In this document: positions 1-10,541 of the stretch, piece by piece
How the letters are laid out: every line of letters begins with the position of its first letter
Position numbering within the stretch: the stretch's first letter is position 1
Source of the DNA: Gemmatimonadota bacterium
GTDB lineage: Bacteria > Gemmatimonadota > Gemmatimonadetes > Longimicrobiales > Gaopeijiaceae
Length of the DNA: 64,000 nt
Direction: 5' to 3'
NCBI GenBank assembly: GCA_039589315.1
Contig: JBDHHQ010000012.1
Span: 1 to 64,000, forward strand
Program-made: the position numbers and the translations under genes
The notes under the pieces: model-generated
The model's database searches: none
What the model saw: only the letters and a program-made list of their open reading frames with translations
Told to the model about the DNA's origin: nothing

Positions 1-59
1 CCTGATCCCGACATCCACCGGCGTCACCCGGCTTCGTCCGCGCCGTCGCCCGAGGTGCG

Positions 60-113
60 CCCGCCCCGGCGCTCGCGCTCCACCCGCCCCGGCGCTCGCG
101 CTCCACCCGCCCC
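60..113. repeat. 23-bp tandem repeat (CCCGCCCCGGCGCTCGCGCTCCA x2 plus partial third copy)
   Basis: Identical units at 60-82 and 83-105, partial unit at 106-113. Confidence 0.85.
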
Positions 114-313
114 GCCTCCATCCGGACCAGCCAACCGGCCCACCTGACGTGTCCCGCAGGCGGTCGAGGCGCGTCGAGCCGGAGGAGGATCCTCATTCGC
201 CGGTGGTTACCGACCCTCCGTAGCCCGCAGAGGCATCGTCGCCATATCTTCGGCACCCTTCGTTGACTCGCCGTAACCGCGGCAGCGCGTCCGGACCGAA
301 GCCGAGAGAGATC

Positions 314-1870
314 ATGATCGACCGAGGACATCCCAGAGCCGTCGCCCTCGCTCTGCTCACCGTGGCCCTCACGCTCGCGCCGCCCGCGGCCGGGCAGAGC
401 GGCCCGGACGTGGCCCGGGCCTACCGGGAAGCCAACGGCCACCGGATCCTGACCGACTACGCCGAGCTGCTGTCGATCCCCAACGTGGCGTCGGACTCGG
501 CGGGAGTTCACCGGAACGCCGACTACATCGTGGAGCGCCTGACGCAGGTCGGCGTGGAGGCTCGTACGCTGAAGGTCCCCGGCGCACCACCGGTCGTCTA
601 CGGCGAGCTGCTGGTTCCGAGCGCGACCCGCACCTTGGGGATCTACGTGCACTACGACGGACAGCCCGCCGATCCCGCCAACTGGACGCACGGTCCGTGG
701 GAGCCCGTGCTCTACACCCGCGCCATGACCGCAGGCGGCGAGCCCAGGCCGTTTCCCGACGAGGGTGAGGTCATCGACCCGGAGTGGATGCTGTACGCCC
801 GGTCGGCAGGCGACGACAAGGCGCCATTGGGTGCGTTACTTCCCGTGCTCGCGTCGTTTCAGGAGGGAGGCGTCCAGCCCACCTCCAACTTCAAGTTCTT
901 CTTCGAGGGCGAGGAAGAGGCGGGATCGCCACGCCTGGAGGAATACCTCAGCACCTACCGGGAGCTTCTCGACGACATCGACCTGTGGCTCTTCTTCGAC
1001 GGTCCCGTGCACCAGAGCGGCAGCCCCATGCTGACGTTCGGCGTCCGGGGCGTCACCGGCATGGAAGTGACCGTATACGGGCCCGTGCGTCCCTTGCACT
1101 CGGGGCACTACGGGAACTGGGCGCCCGTGCCGGGCCAGATGCTGGCGAGCCTGCTGGCCACCATGAAGGACGAGGATGGCAGCGTGCTGGTCGACGGCTT
1201 CTACGACACCGTGGAGCCCATCGGCCGGGCAGAGAGGGCGGCGTTGGAGGCGATGCCCGACTATGACGCCGAGCTCAAGAGAGAGCTGGGGCTCACCCGC
1301 ACCGAGGGCGGCGGCGAGACACTCCCCGAGCGGCTGCTATTGCCGTCCCTGACAGTCCGCGGGCTCTCGAGCGGGAACACGGGTGCCCTGGCCCGCAACG
1401 TGATCCCCGCCACCGCCACCGCGTCCCTGGGGATCCGCTTGGTCAAGGGCAACGACCCGCAGCACATGCAGGACCTGGTGGAAGCGCACATCGAGGCACA
1501 GGGGTACTACATCGTCCGAGAGGATCCGGACATGGAGACCCGCCTCGCCCACCCCAAGATCGCCAAGGTGACCCGCGGCGGCGGATACCCGGCGGCCCGA
1601 TCGGCCATGGACCTGCCCCTCGTCCAGCAGGTGATCAGCGCGGCGCGCGAGGCGTCGGACGGCGATCTGGTGCTCGCCCCGGCCCTGGGCGGATCGTTGC
1701 CCCTGTACTTGTTCACGGACCTTCTGGGAAAGCCGCTCATGATCGTGCCCATCGCCAATCACGATGACAACCAACACGCGCCCGACGAGAACCTGCGCAT
1801 CCGCAACCTCTGGTACGGCATCGACCTCTACGCCTCGCTCTTGACCATGCCGCCGCAGCCCGCCATGTAG
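314..1870 (+). CDS. Exported M20/M25/M40 family metallopeptidase
   Basis: Signal peptide; HYDGQP, ARSAGDDK, EGEEEAGS, LHSGHYG and NQHAPDEN motifs; ATG 314 preferred over TTG 263. Confidence 0.9.
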   Translation: MIDRGHPRAVALALLTVALTLAPPAAGQSGPDVARAYREANGHRILTDYAELLSIPNVASDSAGVHRNADYIVERLTQVGVEARTLKVPGAPPVVYGELLVPSATRTLGIYVHYDGQPADPANWTHGPWEPVLYTRAMTAGGEPRPFPDEGEVIDPEWMLYARSAGDDKAPLGALLPVLASFQEGGVQPTSNFKFFFEGEEEAGSPRLEEYLSTYRELLDDIDLWLFFDGPVHQSGSPMLTFGVRGVTGMEVTVYGPVRPLHSGHYGNWAPVPGQMLASLLATMKDEDGSVLVDGFYDTVEPIGRAERAALEAMPDYDAELKRELGLTRTEGGGETLPERLLLPSLTVRGLSSGNTGALARNVIPATATASLGIRLVKGNDPQHMQDLVEAHIEAQGYYIVREDPDMETRLAHPKIAKVTRGGGYPAARSAMDLPLVQQVISAAREASDGDLVLAPALGGSLPLYLFTDLLGKPLMIVPIANHDDNQHAPDENLRIRNLWYGIDLYASLLTMPPQPAM

Positions 1871-2013
1871 CGCTCGCCGGAGCAGCCCCCCGTCTGGGTC
1901 GCTCCCGTCGTCGGGGATGCCACCCCGGTTGTCCCGGGCAACCGCCGCCTTATTATCTCCGTGCCCCCAGGTCTCAGGGCGGCACCCACGCACCACCCGG
2001 AGTCCGGCTACTC

Positions 2014-2514
2014 TTGAAGGAGATCGAGCGTCAGTTCCTCTGCCGACCCGTGGCGCCGGAGGCGCTGGGCGGAGCTCGCGAAGCGGTGCGCATCCGTCAG
2101 GGCTATCTGACGACCGACGATCCCGCGGTCCGCGTCCGACTGCGCAACGACGACTGGATTCTCGGTGTCAAAGCCGGACAGGGGTTGGTCCGTGAAGAGG
2201 TCGAGGTCTCCGTAGACGCCGAGGCGGGTCGCACCCTCATGGTCGTTGCGGGAGATCGGCGGCTGGAGAAGACCCGCTATCTCCTGGGACCCTGGGAGTT
2301 GGACGTCTTCAGCGGGAAGCTGGAAGGTCTCGTCCTGCTCGAGATCGAGCTCGACCGGGAAGACGCCCCGACCCCTCCGCTCCCGCCTGGCGTCGAGGTG
2401 ATCCAGGAGGTCACCGGCCGCTCGGGATACCGGAACCAGGCTCTGGCCGGACTGTCCCCCACCGAGGCTCGACGGTTTATCGACGAGCTCTATGGGCCCG
2501 GAACGCCGGGATGA
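2014..2514 (+). CDS. CYTH (triphosphate tunnel metalloenzyme) domain protein
   Basis: EIERQFL, IRQGYL, VRVR, EKTRY, WELDVF, EIEL motifs; TTG start. Confidence 0.85.
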   Translation: MKEIERQFLCRPVAPEALGGAREAVRIRQGYLTTDDPAVRVRLRNDDWILGVKAGQGLVREEVEVSVDAEAGRTLMVVAGDRRLEKTRYLLGPWELDVFSGKLEGLVLLEIELDREDAPTPPLPPGVEVIQEVTGRSGYRNQALAGLSPTEARRFIDELYGPGTPG

Positions 2515-5500
2515 CCGAGCAGCTCGGCTTCGACTTCGACACGCCGCCCACCGAGGCCGACCGGTCCGACGCGCCGGAACCGCGGGCGTCGCCCGCCAGA
2601 GGGGAGACGGACACGCCTCCGCCGGGCCCCTGTCGACTGGTCGAGAGCCTGGCTGCAGCAGCGCGGGCCCACCCTTGGGACCGGAAGCTCCTCCTGGCTC
2701 GGACGCGCGGCCAGGCTCGGGAGCTACTTCGTCAACTCGCGCTTCACGAGGGGGCCTGGCTCGGGTTCGAAGTGGGGACCGTGCTGCCTTTGGCCGTAGA
2801 GCTCGCCGGGCCGTCGTTGGCCGGCGAGGGCCGCGAGGTGCTGGACGAGTTCGACCGGCAGGCCCTTCTCGATGGAGCCATCGACCGCGTGCTGCTCGGA
2901 GCGGGTCGGGGCCCCCTCTCCGAGCTGGCGGAAGGCGTCGGCTTCCGGGCCGCGCTCAGCAGCTCGGTGCTCAGCCTGCGCATCGCCGGCGTGACGGCGG
3001 ACCGGGTCCAGGCCGCGCGGTTCGAGGACGGTGGCAAGCAGCGCGTCCTCGCGGCCATCGAGGCCCGCTACGAGGCGTTGCTCCAGGATGGTGGTGCTAC
3101 CGACGAGGCCGGCGTGTTGGCGCGGGCGGCCGAGCTGCTCGAGGGAGCGCCCCCGGACTCGATCGGGGAGCTGCTCGGCGGCCGAAGCGTGTTCCTCCTC
3201 CCCGGCCTCGGTCTTCGCGGGCTTCCCGGCCGCATCGTACGGGCCCTGATCGCAGGTGGCGCCGCGGTGCTGGAGACCGATCCGGTCCGCGGCCTCGAGC
3301 GTCCGCCGGCCTTCGTGTGGGCGGAAGGTCCGGTAGGCAGCCCCCTGTCCGACCTCCACGCCCCGGGGGAGCTGGCCGAGCCGGGTGCCGGGGGGGTCGA
3401 GGTGTTTTCTGCCGCCAGCATCGGCGACGAGTTGCGAGAGGTGCTGCGCCGGGCCGCGGACGCCGGGTTCTCCTGGGATCAAGTGGAGATCGTCGCCGCG
3501 GACGCCAGCGTGTACGGATCGGCGATGCACACCCTGTCTCGGCTCCTCGACGTTCCCGTGAGCTTCGCCGCAGGCTTGCCGGTTCAGCGAACTCGCCCGG
3601 GACGAGCGGTCACGGCGTTCTTCCGCTGGCTGGACAGCGGATTCCACGCCGAGGTCATCCGTTCGCTCCTGGAGGCCGGCGACCTCACGCCGCCTCGGCC
3701 CTGGGACCGGATCCTTCCCTCCCGGCTCGCCCGTCGCTTCCGGGATCTGCGGATCGGGTGGGGAAGGGCTCGCTACCTGGACCGGATCGACCAACGCCTC
3801 TCGTCCGTGGAGCAGATGTCCTGTGGTCGGCACGAGACGGAGGAAGGCCTGGAGAAGCGAAAGGAACGCACACGTCTCGAGCTCCGAGCGATCAAGGCGA
3901 TCGTGGAGCCGGTGCTGCGGAGGACGCCGACCGTTCCGGGCCGCCTCGACACCGCCCCGGAGAAGGTGTCTCCGGCTCAGCTGGCCCGCGGGCTCAGGGC
4001 CTTCCTGGACCGGGTGCCCGTGACGGATGCCGTCGATCGAACGGCCGCAGAGCGGCTCATGCGCCGTCTCGACCGCGTCCGGGAGACGCTGGATCGGCGA
4101 ACCGACTACCGGGCAGCGGCGGCGACCCTCCTGGGCCACCTGGACTTCCGGGTGCCGGCGCCACGGGCCGAGGGCCGGGCTCCGTGGAGCTCTGCCGGAG
4201 GCCACCTGTACCTGAGCGACTTCGAGCACGGTGGCTATTCGGGCCGCGCGGCCACCTTCCTGGTCGGCCTGGACGCGGGCCGCGTTCCGGGACAGGGGAA
4301 CCAGGACCCCTTGCTCCTGGACGCCGAGCGGTACGCGCTCGGCGATCAACTGCCGCGAAGCCGTGACCGGGTCGCCGAGCGCTCGTTCTCGCTGGCGGCC
4401 CTGCTGGCGCGCTTGCGTGGCCGAGTGTGCCTCAGCTACTGCGCGTGGGACCCGTCGGAGGCCCGGGCTGCACCCCCGTCCACCGAGATCCTCCAGGCCC
4501 ACCGCATCGCCAGCGGCCAGGCCTCCGCGGGCTTCAAGGCGCTGCACCGGCACCTGGGAACCGCGGTGGGCGTCGTTCCGCGGCGCCACCATCTCGACGC
4601 CCGGGACGTCTGGTTGTCGGCCCTCGCCTCCCACGGGCGCCTCCTGGCAGGTACGCCCACCGTCCGGGAGGCTTTCCCCCGGTTGGACGCCGGCTTGCGC
4701 GCGCGGGCCGCGCTTCCCGGACCCGTCGCAACACCCTTCCACGGCCGGGTCACGCCACGCCCCGATGCCCTGGACCCCCGGCGCAACCCCGAACGGGTGG
4801 TGTCCGCCAGCGCACTGGAGACGCTGGGCCGCTGTCCGCGCCGGTATCTCTACCGATACGTACTGGGCCTCCGGCCGCCGGATGACCCGGAGCTCGACCC
4901 GGATCGGTGGCTCGATCCACTGCAGAAGGGTGCGCTGCTCCACACGGTCTACGAGCGTACCCTGGCGGCGGCGCGCCGGGAGGGCGTGGGACCCGCGGAG
5001 CTGGCGCACGTAGCGCGACGCATCCTCTCCGAGGAGGCGAAGAAGGCCCTCGTGGAGGTGCCTGCGCCCAGCGAGGCCGTGCGCCTCAAGGAGCTCGACG
5101 ACCTGGAGCTGGACATCCGGGCCTTCGTCGAGGCCGTGACGCCCTGGCTCGACGATTGGGTGGCGCTCGAGCTCAAGTTCGGCCTCGCCGGAACCGACCC
5201 GGTGGCCCTCCCGGTGAAGGGTGGCACCATCAACGTCCGAGGCGCCATCGACCGCGTGGACCGGACTCCCGAGGGCCTGGTCGTGATCGACTACAAGACG
5301 GGCAGCACGGCGCGGTACTCGACGAAGAGCGGGACGTATGACGGGGGCAGGAGGCTGCAGCACCTGGTGTACACCCGTGTGGCTGCGCTCCTTCTCGCCG
5401 AGCCCGTGGCCCGCATGGAGTACAGCTTCCCGACGCACGCCAATCTCGGGGAGAGCCTCGCGTATCCTCCCGACCGCCTGCGGACGGGGGAGCGCCTCGT

Positions 5501-5735
5501 GGGGACGATGCTGGACGGGGTCGCACGTGGCTGGTTCCTGCCCACGGACGCCGCCACGGACTGTACCTACTGTGACTTCGCTCGCCTGTGCGGCGTGCAC
5601 CCCGCCGACCGGGAGAATCCGTCCCCGCTCGCGACGTGGTCGGACGCCCACCGCGACGAGCTGGAAGAGCTGTCTGCGCTGCGGCGCGTCCGACGATGGG
5701 ACGAAGAGGGCGAGGGGCTGTGGCCGGCGACGTGA
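2511..5735 (+). CDS. addB: AddB-like inactive helicase / PD-(D/E)XK nuclease with Fe-S cysteines
   Basis: SASALETLGRCP, RGAIDRVD, IDYKTG, CTYCDFARLC; ATGA overlap with the CYTH gene. Confidence 0.85.
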   Translation: MTEQLGFDFDTPPTEADRSDAPEPRASPARGETDTPPPGPCRLVESLAAAARAHPWDRKLLLARTRGQARELLRQLALHEGAWLGFEVGTVLPLAVELAGPSLAGEGREVLDEFDRQALLDGAIDRVLLGAGRGPLSELAEGVGFRAALSSSVLSLRIAGVTADRVQAARFEDGGKQRVLAAIEARYEALLQDGGATDEAGVLARAAELLEGAPPDSIGELLGGRSVFLLPGLGLRGLPGRIVRALIAGGAAVLETDPVRGLERPPAFVWAEGPVGSPLSDLHAPGELAEPGAGGVEVFSAASIGDELREVLRRAADAGFSWDQVEIVAADASVYGSAMHTLSRLLDVPVSFAAGLPVQRTRPGRAVTAFFRWLDSGFHAEVIRSLLEAGDLTPPRPWDRILPSRLARRFRDLRIGWGRARYLDRIDQRLSSVEQMSCGRHETEEGLEKRKERTRLELRAIKAIVEPVLRRTPTVPGRLDTAPEKVSPAQLARGLRAFLDRVPVTDAVDRTAAERLMRRLDRVRETLDRRTDYRAAAATLLGHLDFRVPAPRAEGRAPWSSAGGHLYLSDFEHGGYSGRAATFLVGLDAGRVPGQGNQDPLLLDAERYALGDQLPRSRDRVAERSFSLAALLARLRGRVCLSYCAWDPSEARAAPPSTEILQAHRIASGQASAGFKALHRHLGTAVGVVPRRHHLDARDVWLSALASHGRLLAGTPTVREAFPRLDAGLRARAALPGPVATPFHGRVTPRPDALDPRRNPERVVSASALETLGRCPRRYLYRYVLGLRPPDDPELDPDRWLDPLQKGALLHTVYERTLAAARREGVGPAELAHVARRILSEEAKKALVEVPAPSEAVRLKELDDLELDIRAFVEAVTPWLDDWVALELKFGLAGTDPVALPVKGGTINVRGAIDRVDRTPEGLVVIDYKTGSTARYSTKSGTYDGGRRLQHLVYTRVAALLLAEPVARMEYSFPTHANLGESLAYPPDRLRTGERLVGTMLDGVARGWFLPTDAATDCTYCDFARLCGVHPADRENPSPLATWSDAHRDELEELSALRRVRRWDEEGEGLWPAT

Positions 5736-8700
5736 TTCCGTTGTTCGGTGAAAGGAACGAAGAGGCCGAGCGGCCGCGGGAGCGGGGCGTGGACGTCGAG
5801 CGCCTCCCGGATCAAGAGGACCGGGACCGGATCACCACTGACCTGGAGACCAACTTCCTGGTCGAAGCCGGCGCGGGCTCCGGCAAGACCACTGCTCTCG
5901 TGGACCGGATGGTGGCGCTGGTGCGGTCCGGCGAGGCCGTGGGGAGCATCGCGGCGGTGACCTTCACCAGGAAGGCCGCGGCCGAGCTCCGGGAGCGATT
6001 TCAGGATCGCCTGGAGGAGGGGCTCGTCGACACGGCCTCCGGGCCCGAGGAGCGGCAGGCACTGGAGTCCGCGCTGAAGGATGTGGATCAGGCCTTCATC
6101 GGCACCATCCACGCATTCTGCGCCCACCTGCTGCGCGAGCGACCCATCGAAGCCCGCGTTGACCCCGGCTTCGACGAGCTGCTGGAGTTCGAGGCGTCCC
6201 GCATGCGACGCCGCTTCTGGGCCACGTACCTCGAGCGGGCCATCGCCCGAGACGACCCGGCCATCGAGGCCCTCGACCGCATCGGCCTGAAGATCCATCG
6301 TCTGGAAGACGCCTTCAATTTCGTGGCCGAGAATCTGGATCTCGCTTTCCCCGTCCAGGCCGTGGAAGCCCCGTCCCACGGCGAGCTCGCCCGGGTTCGC
6401 CATCGCCTCGAGGAGCTCCTGGACCGCGCCCTGCCTCTGCTGCCGAGTCGGGAGCCCGACGGTGGGTGGGATTCGCTCATGATCCGGCTGCGGAGCCTCC
6501 GCTGGTCGAGGCGGGTGGCCGGCTGGGACGACGAGCGGGAGCTGTATCGCGTCCTGGAGGAGCTCTGTGGCCGCAAGGAGTTCAAGGTCACGCAGAAGCG
6601 CTGGAGCACGGACTCGCGCGTCAAGGCCCAGGTCAAGGCCATTCGGGCGGAGTTCGACGCCTTCATCGCCGAGGGCGGCGCTGCCCGGGATCTGCTGGCG
6701 CGCTGGTACGCGTCGCGGTATCCCACGGCCATCGAGCTCGTGATCACGGCAGCCGGAGAATTCCGGGATGCGCGCCTCCGATCCGGCCGCCTTTCGTTCC
6801 AGGACCTGCTTCTGGTCACCGCCCAGCTCCTGAGGGAGAATCCCCGAGCGAGACGGGACCTGGGGCGCCGCTACCGTCGTCTCCTCGTGGACGAGTTCCA
6901 GGATACCGATCCCATCCAGGCCGAGGTCGTCTTCTTGCTGGCGTCGGACCCGGGCGACGACGACGCCGAGTCCTGGTGGCGGGCGGAGCCCCGCCCCGGT
7001 GCGCTGTTCGTGGTCGGTGATCCCAAGCAGAGCATCTACCGGTTCCGGCGGGCGGACATCGCCCTCTACAACAAGGTGAAGGCCCGCTTTCGCGAGTTCG
7101 GTGAGGTGCTGCACCTCAACGCCAACTTCCGCTCCGGCCAGCCGATCGCCCGCATCGTGAACGAGGTCTTCCGCGATGCCGACCGCTTCCCCGAGAACGA
7201 GACGCCCTACCAGGCACCGTTTGCCCCGCTCCTTCCTCGGCCTCGTCCGAAACCCCCGGCAGAGGGCGTGTTCGAGTACTGGGTAGAGGCGTCACGCGTA
7301 GGCGAGCTGGCGGCCCTGGATGCCCACGTCCTGGCCTCCTGGATCAAACGGCGCGTCGATCGGGGAGAGCGGCCCCCGGGCGACTTCATGATCCTGACGC
7401 GCAAGAAGAAGCACCTCCACCTGTACGCTCGGGCTCTGGAGGACCGGGCGCTGCCCATCGATGTCTCCGGTGCCGGAGTGGGGCTGGAAGACGAGATGGA
7501 GGCCCTGATGCACCTGCTCGAGGCGCTGGTCGATCCGGCGAATCCCGTCCTGGTGGTGGCCGTGCTCGTGGGGCTCTTCTTCGGCCTCGACCACGAGGAG
7601 CTGCTGGCCCACCGCCTCGACGGCGGGTGGTTCGACTTCACCCGGGCGGTCGAGACGCCTGGCTCCCGTGTCGAAGTGGCGTTCCAGGACCTCCGGCGAT
7701 GGTGGCTCGCGAGCCGGACCGAGCCGGCGGACGTGCTGATCGAACGGTTGGTTGCCGAGCTCGGACTGTTCCCCCATGCGGCGGCCGGCGACCTGGGATC
7801 GGTGCGGGTAGGGGCATTGGCCTACGCGCTGGACGCGGTGCGGGCCCACGCTGCGGCTGGTGACACCTCCCTGGTCGGTGCCCTCGACGCGCTGGGGGCC
7901 GCGCTGGAGTGGGACGACGCCGAGGCGCCCCTGGAGCCGGGGCGAACCGACGCGGTCCGGGTCATGAACCTCCACAAGGCCAAGGGACTGGAGGCGCGTG
8001 TCGTGATCCTGGCGGAGCCGGGAAGGAAGACGCCGCGCGGCCGGAACTGGCACGTCGAGACCGGGGACGAAGAGGAGCGGCAGGGGTGGGTCGTGGTGGA
8101 GGAATCGCGAGAGCAGCCATGGGGGGGACGGACCACGGTGCCCCTCGCCCGGCCGATGCAGTGGGACCGCATGGCGGAGGAAGAGCTCCGATTCGAGGAC
8201 GCGGAGGAGGCTCGGCTCCTCTACGTCGCGGCCACCAGGGCCATGGACGAGCTGGTCGTCGCCCGACGAAAGGACCGACCGGGCTCGCCCTGGGATCTGT
8301 TCGACGCGTGGCTGGACGAGAACGCCCAGCGTCTGGACCTCGGCTCCGAAGAAGTCTCAGGGGCCCCGGGTCTCCGCGCTTCGGCCACCGAGCTCGAGGA
8401 CCGGGTGAAGGCAGCGGAGCGGGATCGAGCGCACCGGGCGGGTCCCACCTATCTGTTCGAGTCCGTCACGGAGATCGCGAAGCGTCTGGGTGGGGAAGGC
8501 GCAAGCGAAGGGCCCGCCGAACGGTCGGCGGCGGCGGACGGGGAGGGGTCCGCGGGCACCGCCACCGTCGCTGACGGATCAGAGACGGGCGATGGGCCGC
8601 TCACCACGACCGGAGTCCCGGCTCCTACCTCCTCGCCACGAGGATACGAGTGGGGGACCGTGGTGCACGCCGCTCTGGCCGCGGCGGCGCGAGGCCTGGA

Positions 8701-9139
8701 GTCGGCGGCACTCCGCGAGGTGTGCCGCTCCCTCCTCGTGGAGAACGAGCGGCCCGTCGACGAAAGCGGCGCGCCGCGGGAGCTGGAGGAGCTTTTGATC
8801 CTCGTCTCACGAGTGCAACGGTCGGAGCTCTGGGCCCGAGCCATGCGGTCATCCCGGCGATACCCGGAGATCCCCTTCGCTGCCCCAAGCCCAGGGGCAC
8901 CCGGCACGATCCCGGAGATGATAGAAGGCGTCATCGATCTGGCCTTCCGGGAAGCGGACGGCTGGGTCGTGGCCGACTACAAAACGGACGTGGGCGATGA
9001 TCCGGACTTCCCGCGCCGGGCGGAGGCGTATCGTCGCCAGGTCGACCTGTACGCCCAGTGTTGGTCCGCACTCACGGGCGACCCCGTCAAAGAGCGGATC
9101 CTGGTGTTCACGGCCCAGGGACGGGAGGACCGGTGGTGA
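5732..9139 (+). CDS. addA: AddA-like UvrD helicase-nuclease
   Basis: AGAGSGKT Walker A, TFTRKAA, DEFQDT, VGDPKQSIYRFR, HKAKGLE, YVAATRA, C-terminal GVID...DYKT; GTGA overlap with the addB stop. Confidence 0.9.
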   Translation: MIPLFGERNEEAERPRERGVDVERLPDQEDRDRITTDLETNFLVEAGAGSGKTTALVDRMVALVRSGEAVGSIAAVTFTRKAAAELRERFQDRLEEGLVDTASGPEERQALESALKDVDQAFIGTIHAFCAHLLRERPIEARVDPGFDELLEFEASRMRRRFWATYLERAIARDDPAIEALDRIGLKIHRLEDAFNFVAENLDLAFPVQAVEAPSHGELARVRHRLEELLDRALPLLPSREPDGGWDSLMIRLRSLRWSRRVAGWDDERELYRVLEELCGRKEFKVTQKRWSTDSRVKAQVKAIRAEFDAFIAEGGAARDLLARWYASRYPTAIELVITAAGEFRDARLRSGRLSFQDLLLVTAQLLRENPRARRDLGRRYRRLLVDEFQDTDPIQAEVVFLLASDPGDDDAESWWRAEPRPGALFVVGDPKQSIYRFRRADIALYNKVKARFREFGEVLHLNANFRSGQPIARIVNEVFRDADRFPENETPYQAPFAPLLPRPRPKPPAEGVFEYWVEASRVGELAALDAHVLASWIKRRVDRGERPPGDFMILTRKKKHLHLYARALEDRALPIDVSGAGVGLEDEMEALMHLLEALVDPANPVLVVAVLVGLFFGLDHEELLAHRLDGGWFDFTRAVETPGSRVEVAFQDLRRWWLASRTEPADVLIERLVAELGLFPHAAAGDLGSVRVGALAYALDAVRAHAAAGDTSLVGALDALGAALEWDDAEAPLEPGRTDAVRVMNLHKAKGLEARVVILAEPGRKTPRGRNWHVETGDEEERQGWVVVEESREQPWGGRTTVPLARPMQWDRMAEEELRFEDAEEARLLYVAATRAMDELVVARRKDRPGSPWDLFDAWLDENAQRLDLGSEEVSGAPGLRASATELEDRVKAAERDRAHRAGPTYLFESVTEIAKRLGGEGASEGPAERSAAADGEGSAGTATVADGSETGDGPLTTTGVPAPTSSPRGYEWGTVVHAALAAAARGLESAALREVCRSLLVENERPVDESGAPRELEELLILVSRVQRSELWARAMRSSRRYPEIPFAAPSPGAPGTIPEMIEGVIDLAFREADGWVVADYKTDVGDDPDFPRRAEAYRRQVDLYAQCWSALTGDPVKERILVFTAQGREDRW

Positions 9140-9642
9140 CGCCCGGCGTCCGGCCCCTGGTCTTCTGCTACGGGTCCAACATGCTCGTGCGCCGCCTGCG
9201 TCACAGAACGCCCTCAGCCACCCCGCGGGGGGTCGCCACCCTGACGGGCTACCGGCTGGCCTTTCACAAGCGTGGCGTCGACGGGTCCGGCAAGGCCGAC
9301 GTGCGGGCCACGGGGTCGGTGGGGGATCGGGTCCACGGCGTCGTCTTCGAGATCGAGGTGGCGGAGCTCGCCGACCTGGACGGCTTCGAGCGGGGGTACG
9401 CGCGCCGCTCGGTGCGCGTCGCCATGTCCGAGGGCGGCGCGGCGTGGGCGTTCTGTTACGAAGCCCTCGAGACCCACGTTGACCCCGGACTGCGACCGTT
9501 CGGTTGGTATCACGAGATGGTGATGAGGGGCGCCCGGGAGCACGGACTTCCGCGTGCTTACGTCCGCTCGCTGAGCGAGCACCCTACCGTGGTGGATCCC
9601 GACCGGGACCGCAGCAGCCGCTGGCTGCGGCTGCTGGGCTGA
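9136..9642 (+). CDS. Gamma-glutamylcyclotransferase family protein
   Basis: FCYGSNM and LDGFE motifs; GTGA overlap with the addA stop. Confidence 0.85.
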   Translation: MTPGVRPLVFCYGSNMLVRRLRHRTPSATPRGVATLTGYRLAFHKRGVDGSGKADVRATGSVGDRVHGVVFEIEVAELADLDGFERGYARRSVRVAMSEGGAAWAFCYEALETHVDPGLRPFGWYHEMVMRGAREHGLPRAYVRSLSEHPTVVDPDRDRSSRWLRLLG

Positions 9643-9734
9643 GCCTCGGCGGCCTACGGGCGGCTACCCGCGGCCGGGGCGCCGGCCCATCTGGCCTGCG
9701 CACTGAGGCCATGGTCCACTGTCCCGGTGGGGCC

Positions 9735-9761
9735 CTAACGTTTCGTGTGACCCAACGGTCT
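9735..9761 (+). promoter_or_regulatory. Candidate ECF-sigma (autoregulatory) promoter
   Basis: CTAAC-N16-CGGTCT upstream of the ECF sigma gene; resembles the AAC/GTC ECF consensus. Confidence 0.4.
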
Positions 9762-9878
9762 TCATGGTGCGGGCTCGATTCGCACGGCGACCGGGCTCCG
9801 CCAGGCGGAGGAAACAGAGCTGATCTCTGACGCGGAGCTGACGAGCTGGCAGCGCAGGCGGCACACGACCTGGCCCGC

Positions 9879-10541
9879 ATGGGTGGCGCACGGGAGAAAG
9901 GCGACGACCTGAGCGGCGAAGCCCAGAGCCCCGGGCCGCGGGAGCGGCCCGGACCGGAGGGTGCAGTCGAGGCCATCGACTTTCCCAAGGGGTCGGCGAT
10001 CGACGCCGAGTTGGTCCAGGCCGCTCGAGCGGGAGATGCGTCTGCCTTCGAGGCACTGGTCCGTCGGCACCTCAAGTCGGCTCATAGGGTGGCCCTGTCA
10101 CGGCTTTCACATGCCCAGGACGCGGACGACGTATGTCAGGACGCATTCATCACGGCCTTGCAGAAGCTCGACAGCTGCAAGCGGCCCGAGCACTTCAGGG
10201 CCTGGCTCCTGACGATCGTGAAGAACCGTGCGCACAACTTCCGGGAGTATCAGGAGGTTCGCCGAGCCCAGCCGTTGGAGCATGCGGGAGCGAAGGCATC
10301 GCGCAGCGACCCCGAACGGGAAGCCGCCACGACACACCTGCGGCATCGGTTGAGCGAAGCGTTGGCAGAGCTTACGGACCTGCAGCGCCGGGTGGTGCTG
10401 CTGCATGACTATGAGGGATGGAAGCACAAGGAGGTCGGGGAGCATCTGGGGATTTCCGCGGGCGCATCCCGGTTTCATCTGCACGTCGCCAGGAAGCGTC
10501 TGCGCGAGCTCCTGGACGACCTGAATCCGGGAGAAGGGTGA
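9879..10541 (+). CDS. ECF RNA polymerase sigma factor
   Basis: AFEALVRRH, DADDVCQDAF, FRAWLLTIVKN, region 4 LHDYEGWKHKEVG; start uncertain. Confidence 0.9.
   Translation: MGGAREKGDDLSGEAQSPGPRERPGPEGAVEAIDFPKGSAIDAELVQAARAGDASAFEALVRRHLKSAHRVALSRLSHAQDADDVCQDAFITALQKLDSCKRPEHFRAWLLTIVKNRAHNFREYQEVRRAQPLEHAGAKASRSDPEREAATTHLRHRLSEALAELTDLQRRVVLLHDYEGWKHKEVGEHLGISAGASRFHLHVARKRLRELLDDLNPGEG

Noticed and set aside
60..113. Tandem repeat as a possible CRISPR array
   Set aside because: Units are contiguous with no spacers and no cas genes are visible
150..215. GGTTACCGA resembling the 3' end of a c-di-GMP-I riboswitch
   Set aside because: The upstream GGCAAA/GAAA/GACGCAAAGC elements are absent
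2724..5651. Very long antisense and alternate-frame ORFs (e.g. 975 aa here, 714 aa at 13333-15477, 614 aa at 60313-62157)
   Set aside because: Shadow ORFs expected in high-GC DNA opposite well-supported genes; no recognisable motifs
2511..9139. Helicase-nuclease pair as a novel anti-phage system
   Set aside because: Motifs, order and sizes fit housekeeping AddAB, and there is no defence-island context
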